Shown here: positions 58,471-64,000 of the stretch, in pieces
Position numbering within the stretch: position 1 is the first letter of the stretch
Layout: each line of letters starts with the position of its first letter
DNA from: Amphiscolops sp. MND2022
Taxonomy: Eukaryota
Direction: 5' to 3'
Assembly: GCA_964187785.1 (NCBI GenBank)
Contig: OZ076412.1
Location: 17,050,001 to 17,114,000, forward strand
DNA: 64,000 bases
The notes under the pieces: model-generated
What the model was told of the DNA's origin: nothing
Database searches by the model: none
What the model saw: only the letters and a program-made list of their open reading frames with translations
Made by a program: the position numbers and the translations under genes

Positions 58471-61400
58471 ATGACAGATCCGCAACAAGACAAGGTTCAA
58501 AAACTTCACGAAAACCGACTAAAGGCACAAACTGACTTGATTACTCTTCAACAAAAGATACTCGATTCCATTACAAGTCGAGATCGAAGGGTTCGAGTCG
58601 AACGTCTTGTTAACGAAACCGAAGATACAATGACGAAGGCTTTCAACAAAAACGAACAGTTGAAAACGCTTGCATCTAAAACATCTGACTCGGAAACAGT
58701 TCAAGCCGACTTAGAAAAGTGGTTTAGCGAAGTCACTGAGCAAAATGACGAAGTGTTAAGAAAAGCTCGTGAGTACATCGACAGTTGCACTGGATCCGAT
58801 GTTAATTCCAACTCATCAATTGGCACTGTCCACAAAAGCACCTCCAGAAGATCATCAACTTCTGTCAAAACAAAAACGTCTAGTCAAAGACAAAGGGATC
58901 TCCTTATGGCGACCCAACGTCGAGAAGAACTAGAACGACAAAATGCAAATGCCATTCGTTTGGCGAAACAGAAACAAGAGGTAGCACGAAAACAATTGGA
59001 ACGCGAAAGAGAGCGTTTGGAAGAAGAACAAGCTCTCCAATTACAAGAACTGGAAGAAGAAAATAGACGAAAACTTGCCGAAGCCAAGCTCACTGAGTTG
59101 GAGTTGACAGACGACTTTTCTCAGGCGTCTGACGAACTTCATGATACACTCTCTCAGATTAGTAATCACTCCAAGCAAACCACGTCACTGAGAGTGTCCA
59201 ACTGGGTCAATGTAGTCAATGAACCCGACAATGTTTCAAATCAACTGCAGACTAATACCGTTGATCTGAACAATGTCGCTGGATCGTCCACTCCCACAGT
59301 CATTACCGACTCAACCAATGTTGTTCAAACCAGACAAGCAATGCTACCGATGAGATCGTCAGTTAATTTCAATATTGGACTGGGACAAAACCAGGGACAA
59401 AACCAGAGTCCCTCATTCGGAATTTCGTCTGTTCCTACCAATCCGAGGATAACCAATACGCTACCCGCGAACACTACAACGAATACTGTTTCCTCCGCGA
59501 CGGTACCAGTGACTATGTACCCGCCAGTACAACTCTCTGTCACTCCTACTACGACAATGACTCAAGTCAACATTCCAACGAGCCATGTCATACCGAACGT
59601 GTCTGCTTGGACATTTCCGGCTCCGAGTAACCTCCCCACAGTACATGCTACAGTTCCGCAGCCTGTAAGAGGACCAGTTACGTTAACGAGCACAACTACA
59701 ACACCAATAGTGACCACAACCGGGATTTTCACACCAGTTGTACCAATCCAAAGTGGAGGAACAACCTTCTACTGTAACCCTCTTGCGACAACATTTCCAA
59801 CAACAACTTTACCGATTCAACAGACTACAGCAGCCGCCGCGAATTTTCCAGTTTCAACGTTTCCGACTACAGTCCAGTCGACCGTTCCCCCTTCAACGCT
59901 AACTCCAGTTGCTGTCCAAGACCTTGCGCAGTTACTGACTGCTGCCAAAAAAGACCATCTTCCTGAGTGGAAACTAGAGCAATATAGCGGAGACCCATTG
60001 CAGTGGCACGAGTGGATAGGTCAGTTTAGGAGTGCTATCGACTCCGCACCACTCTCGAACGATGTTAAGCTGACGTATTTAAAAACGCTTGTGACAGGCA
60101 AAGCGAAGGCAGCAATTGTGGAATTTGCATACTGTGGGACTATGTACCAAGATGCACTGAAGACGCTCGAGCGGAAATTTGGTCAACCACAGGCAGTTGT
60201 GTCTGCTCATCTTGACAAACTGAATAGCTTCCCTCCATTGAAAATGCATAACAGCGAGAATGTGATAGCATTTTCTGCAACAATTTCCGCTATGGTTGGC
60301 GTGTTCCGTTCGCTGAAATACGAACACGATTTGTCAAGTGCAGCCTTATTGGCTCAAGCCGTGCAGAAACTACCCCCAAACATGAGGGAAGCTTGGTCTA
60401 TGCACACTGTCAAGAAAGATTGGAGCCGACCAACCCTCTTGAAATTTAACGAATGGTTGAATGATAAAGCCGAAGCACATGAGAGGATGAAAATCTCAAC
60501 CACAAAGCCCAAGAGCGATGAAAGTGCGCAATCAGTCACTCGAACAAAGACTGGTACGAAAGTTTTCGCCGCCACAAGTTCTAGCACATCTTCAAAAGAA
60601 TCCAGAACTAAGCCGATTCAAGTGCAACTAAACTGTAACGTGTGCAAGGATAACCATCCACTGTGGCGCTGTCGCGTGTTCCTTGATGAAACGCCGACCG
60701 ACAGAGCAAAGACTGTTGCCGAAAACAAACTTTGTTTCTCCTGCCTGAAAGGAAACCATTCTTTCCGACAATGTCCACAATCACGCAAGTGCAACAAAGA
60801 TGGATGTAACAGCTCTCATAACACCCTGCTACATGGCGCAGAGAGAGTTTTCCAACCAAAAACGACACCGAAATCGTCCAGTAACCAAGCAACTGGATCG
60901 CGTAGCCTCAAAACAACTGTGAATAAAGCTGGAGAGAGCTCCGGAGTCTGTTCCGTGACCGATGTGAAAGGACTGCTCCAAATTACTGAAGTTGAAGTTC
61001 ACACTTCGACTAATTCCGCCAAGGTAATGGCACTGTGTGACTCAGCCTGCAGTCACTCTTGGATCTCCGAAGATCTCGCAACCAAGTTGAACGTAAAGGG
61101 CTTACCGACCAAACTAACTGTTCATGGCATCAATTCTCAACAAGTTGTTGACACTCAAATAGTTGAGCTTAAGTTGACACCTGTTCATTCGGGTGGCTCT
61201 TGCTCTACTTTTGATGTCAAACCTTACGTCAGAAAAAACTTGCATGTTGGAAACGATGTCATTGATGTTGACCAATTGAAGCAACAGTACCCTCATTTGG
61301 AGCCCGTCGCTCTGAGCAAGTACAGTTATGGAGAGGTCGAAATGATACTGGGTCAAGACGTGTTCCACTCAATCCGCCCGTTGGAGTATTTTGAATCCGA

Positions 61401-63099
61401 CCGAAAAAATACCCCAATTGCCGTCCGATTACCGTTGGGTTGGGTTTTGAGTGGACCATTACCTTCGACTACAGGACTCGTCTCGACTTGCTTCAAAGCT
61501 GTCACGCAAAGCGAGACTGACTCCAAGTTGGCCGATCAACTTCGGAGTTGGTATGAAATGGAGTCGTTTGCTGCAATGAAACAAATAGACCCGCGCTCTG
61601 CTGACGATGCTAGAGCGTCGAAAATTTTGCAAGAAACAACATATCATGACGGATGCCGATATCAGGTCGGTATGTTGTGGGCTGATGACGAGAGTAGTCT
61701 CCCGAACAACTACTTTTCAGCCTTAGTGCAATTGAAATCCCTTGAACGCCGACTCGAAAAAACTCCTGAACTGAAAGCGAGTTACGCTCAGACCATTAAG
61801 GACGACTTCGACAAGGGATACATCGTTCAAGTCGACAAGTCAGACTGTTTCAGAATTGACAACCCGCGTGAGTGGTATCTACAGCACCACCCAGTGATCC
61901 ACCCTCACAAGCCAGGAAAAGTACGCCGTGTACTCAATGGTGCAGCGAAATTTCATGGTGTTTCACTGAACAGCACACTTTTAACTGGTCCTGACTTGTT
62001 GCAAACGTTAATCCATGTGCTCATGCGATTCCGACAACATCCCTATGCTGTATCCGCTGACATCGAGGGAATGTTTTTACAAGTTGGTGTGATCCCCGAA
62101 GACCGACCGTCTCTTCGTTTTCTGTGGCGGGAGGACGCAGCAACAGACGTCGCTGTGTACCAATACGTACGTCACATCTTCGGTTCGAAGGATTCGCCAA
62201 CGTGTGCCAACTACGCTTTGCAACAGACTGCTCGTGACAACCGAATCCAATTTCTTGAAGCCGCCAACAGTGTCGAAAACAATTTTTACATGGACGATTA
62301 TCTTGAATCAAGCCTCACCATCAACGAAGCAACCAAGAAGGCTCAAGATCTAGTCGAAATGTTAGCCAAAGGTGGTTTCAACCTAACCAAGTTTGTCAGT
62401 AATGTTCCAGGATTGGTGAAAATCGTCGACCCCAAATATCAACTGCCTGCCGAATCGAACGAGAAAGTCTTAATAACAGATGAAGACACTTCTCATGTTT
62501 TGGGTTTGAAATGGAACCATAGTCGTGACACCTTGGTTGTCAGCAGAGGAACTACACCTGACTTGAATCGACCAGTAACACAGCGTGTTGTCCTTAGTTT
62601 AGTGTCCGCGGTGTATGATCCCATTGGTCTTGCGGCACCATATACTGTAACAGCCCGCCTTTTGTTGAAAGACATTTGGCGCCTGAGTGGGCAACAATGG
62701 GACAACAATCTGCCTGACAACGTTAGCAAAAAGTTTCTTGAATGGGCCGCAGAGCTCCCCAATTTGAGCGAAATAACCATTCCGAGATGTTATTTTCGTG
62801 GAACCATGAGAAGTGTTGAGTTACACGTTTTCGGCGACAGCTCTCAAGATGTCTTTGCCGCTGTTGCTTTCCTCCGTGCGCGAGTGAGCCGCAACGAGAG
62901 GACTGAAACCCAGTTAGCCTTTGTCTTTGGGAAAGCTCCTGTTGTCCCGATGAAAGCGCTCACAATACCGAAATTGGAACTCCAAGCCGCACTCTTAGCA
63001 GCCCGACTAAAGGATGAAGTTGAACAAGCACTCACGGTACCTGTTGAGCGAACGTTCATGTGGACCGATAGTACAACTGTGCTCCAATGGCTCCAGTGA
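58471..63099 (+). CDS. BEL-2 Gag-protease-RT-RNase H polyprotein (1542 aa), truncated by the integrase deletion
   Basis: Coiled-coil N-terminus; T/P-rich linker; HLPEWKLEQYSGDPLQWHEW; three C/H knuckles; ALCDSACSHSWI (PR); LTGPDLL, ADIEGMFLQV, FYMDDYL (RT); FGDSSQ, IPKLELQAA (RH); ends WTDSTTVLQWLQ*. Confidence 0.96.
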   Translation: MTDPQQDKVQKLHENRLKAQTDLITLQQKILDSITSRDRRVRVERLVNETEDTMTKAFNKNEQLKTLASKTSDSETVQADLEKWFSEVTEQNDEVLRKAREYIDSCTGSDVNSNSSIGTVHKSTSRRSSTSVKTKTSSQRQRDLLMATQRREELERQNANAIRLAKQKQEVARKQLERERERLEEEQALQLQELEEENRRKLAEAKLTELELTDDFSQASDELHDTLSQISNHSKQTTSLRVSNWVNVVNEPDNVSNQLQTNTVDLNNVAGSSTPTVITDSTNVVQTRQAMLPMRSSVNFNIGLGQNQGQNQSPSFGISSVPTNPRITNTLPANTTTNTVSSATVPVTMYPPVQLSVTPTTTMTQVNIPTSHVIPNVSAWTFPAPSNLPTVHATVPQPVRGPVTLTSTTTTPIVTTTGIFTPVVPIQSGGTTFYCNPLATTFPTTTLPIQQTTAAAANFPVSTFPTTVQSTVPPSTLTPVAVQDLAQLLTAAKKDHLPEWKLEQYSGDPLQWHEWIGQFRSAIDSAPLSNDVKLTYLKTLVTGKAKAAIVEFAYCGTMYQDALKTLERKFGQPQAVVSAHLDKLNSFPPLKMHNSENVIAFSATISAMVGVFRSLKYEHDLSSAALLAQAVQKLPPNMREAWSMHTVKKDWSRPTLLKFNEWLNDKAEAHERMKISTTKPKSDESAQSVTRTKTGTKVFAATSSSTSSKESRTKPIQVQLNCNVCKDNHPLWRCRVFLDETPTDRAKTVAENKLCFSCLKGNHSFRQCPQSRKCNKDGCNSSHNTLLHGAERVFQPKTTPKSSSNQATGSRSLKTTVNKAGESSGVCSVTDVKGLLQITEVEVHTSTNSAKVMALCDSACSHSWISEDLATKLNVKGLPTKLTVHGINSQQVVDTQIVELKLTPVHSGGSCSTFDVKPYVRKNLHVGNDVIDVDQLKQQYPHLEPVALSKYSYGEVEMILGQDVFHSIRPLEYFESDRKNTPIAVRLPLGWVLSGPLPSTTGLVSTCFKAVTQSETDSKLADQLRSWYEMESFAAMKQIDPRSADDARASKILQETTYHDGCRYQVGMLWADDESSLPNNYFSALVQLKSLERRLEKTPELKASYAQTIKDDFDKGYIVQVDKSDCFRIDNPREWYLQHHPVIHPHKPGKVRRVLNGAAKFHGVSLNSTLLTGPDLLQTLIHVLMRFRQHPYAVSADIEGMFLQVGVIPEDRPSLRFLWREDAATDVAVYQYVRHIFGSKDSPTCANYALQQTARDNRIQFLEAANSVENNFYMDDYLESSLTINEATKKAQDLVEMLAKGGFNLTKFVSNVPGLVKIVDPKYQLPAESNEKVLITDEDTSHVLGLKWNHSRDTLVVSRGTTPDLNRPVTQRVVLSLVSAVYDPIGLAAPYTVTARLLLKDIWRLSGQQWDNNLPDNVSKKFLEWAAELPNLSEITIPRCYFRGTMRSVELHVFGDSSQDVFAAVAFLRARVSRNERTETQLAFVFGKAPVVPMKALTIPKLELQAALLAARLKDEVEQALTVPVERTFMWTDSTTVLQWLQ

Positions 63100-63641
63100 G
63101 AAGTTTTAAGCATACTTTCTATGCGATACTCGGCAACCGTCGCTTGACAGACGAAATACTAACAACGGTGTTTTGTCTTGTGGAGCAGAGCCTCAACGCT
63201 CGTCCGCTGATTCCAGCAAGCGCAGATGCAACCGACTTGGATGCTTTGACACCTAACCACTTCTTGCTTGGAACAGCTGGATCGTCTCTACCGTCCCATG
63301 CTAACTGTGATTTTGGCCACCGCAAGCGATATGCACGCGCCCAAGCTTATTCTGACGCTATCTGGAACAGGTGGCTTAAAGAGTACGTGCCGACTTTGAA
63401 TCGTCGCTCAAAGTGGTGCACACAGTCCAACAGGCAATTGAAAACCGGAGATCTCGTTTGGATTGTAGAACCCACTAACCCGAGAGGCTACTACCCTCTC
63501 GCACGTGTCATCAAACTCCATTTTGGCAGCGATGCTGTCGCTCGCTCTGCCGAAGTTAAAACCACGTCTGGAAACCTTGTCCGTCCGGTCGTGAAACTAG
63601 CCCCAGTCCTTCCTTCCCCTGATTTAATTGATTTATCATAA
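63096..63641 (+). pseudogene. BEL-2 integrase C-terminal remnant
   Basis: VRSFK..RRLTDEIL..VEQSLNARPL..LTPNHFLLG..RWLKEYVPTL..GDLVWI..LARVIK..RPVVKLAP. The HHCC finger and all three DDE acidic residues are missing. Confidence 0.92.
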
Positions 63642-63798
63642 TCCATTTTAATTGTACTTAACTTTTGAACCACATGTATCTTCAAAATATGTATCATGAA
63701 ATTTCATTCCAAACTGATTATGGAAAACATGAAAATAAAATCGAGAAAAAAGTTTGTTTTGACATTTTAACATTCTTCATCTTCTTGGGCCCGGAGGA

Positions 63799-64000
63799 TG
63801 TTGCGATAGCAATACAAATATCGTTAATTTAAAACAAACAAATTATAAGGCAGCTTGGCTCAGCGGTAGAGTACAAGGCCGGTATTTGACCGGCGTGGGT
63901 TCGATTCCCGGACATGCAAAATATTTTATATTTTGGAAATATTTCTCCGATTTCGGTAAAAATACTCTCGAAATGGCCTTGCTATTCAGATCAAAAAGTG
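63799..64000 (+). repeat. BEL-2 3' LTR (partial, window edge), including a second copy of the tRNA-like cassette at 63850-63918
   Basis: Matches 56541-56742 except for two C/T differences. Confidence 0.95.

Larger units (their letters stand above)
56541..64000 (+). mobile_element. Young BEL/Pao LTR retrotransposon (BEL-2), integrase-deleted, running off the window
   Basis: TGTTGCGATAGC... at 56541 repeats at 63799 with two substitutions in 202 bp. A purine-rich GGAGGA precedes the second copy. The 1542-aa gag-PR-RT-RH frame is intact. Confidence 0.95.

Overview
TE-dense, AT-rich animal genomic DNA with spliceosomal introns and one 200-N assembly gap (44468-44667). There are no rRNA genes, CRISPR arrays or convincing tRNA genes. 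Host content is the 3' half of a GAPVD1/RME-6-like VPS9-domain gene (+, seven phase-compatible exons, 664-19073) and a divergent class A GPCR (-, TM3-TM7 exon 28253-29079, with a damaged candidate TM1-TM2 exon near 44040-44350). Mobile content: a LINE RT fragment; a complete-ended CGGBP-type hAT element (3631-5452, TIRs and 8-bp TSD); a second hAT relic; a full-length frameshifted BEL/Pao element (8304-15045, 222-bp LTRs, 5-bp TSD); several decayed Gypsy copies; a near-complete Gypsy on - (44668 to beyond 54350); a foldback MITE; and a young integrase-deleted BEL/Pao element (56541 to the window end). The main finding is accessory cargo in three unrelated LTR retrotransposons. (1) BEL-1 carries an antisense JmjC-type dioxygenase gene between integrase and the 3' LTR. 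(2) The inferred 1.9-kb LTR of BEL-2 holds a tRNA-like Pol III cassette, an intronless fragment of host LMBRD2 coding sequence and an intact SGNH-esterase-like ORF. (3) The Gypsy carries a spliced antisense ORF of about 400 aa of unknown function next to its PPT. All protein-family calls come from manual motif recognition; no database search was run.
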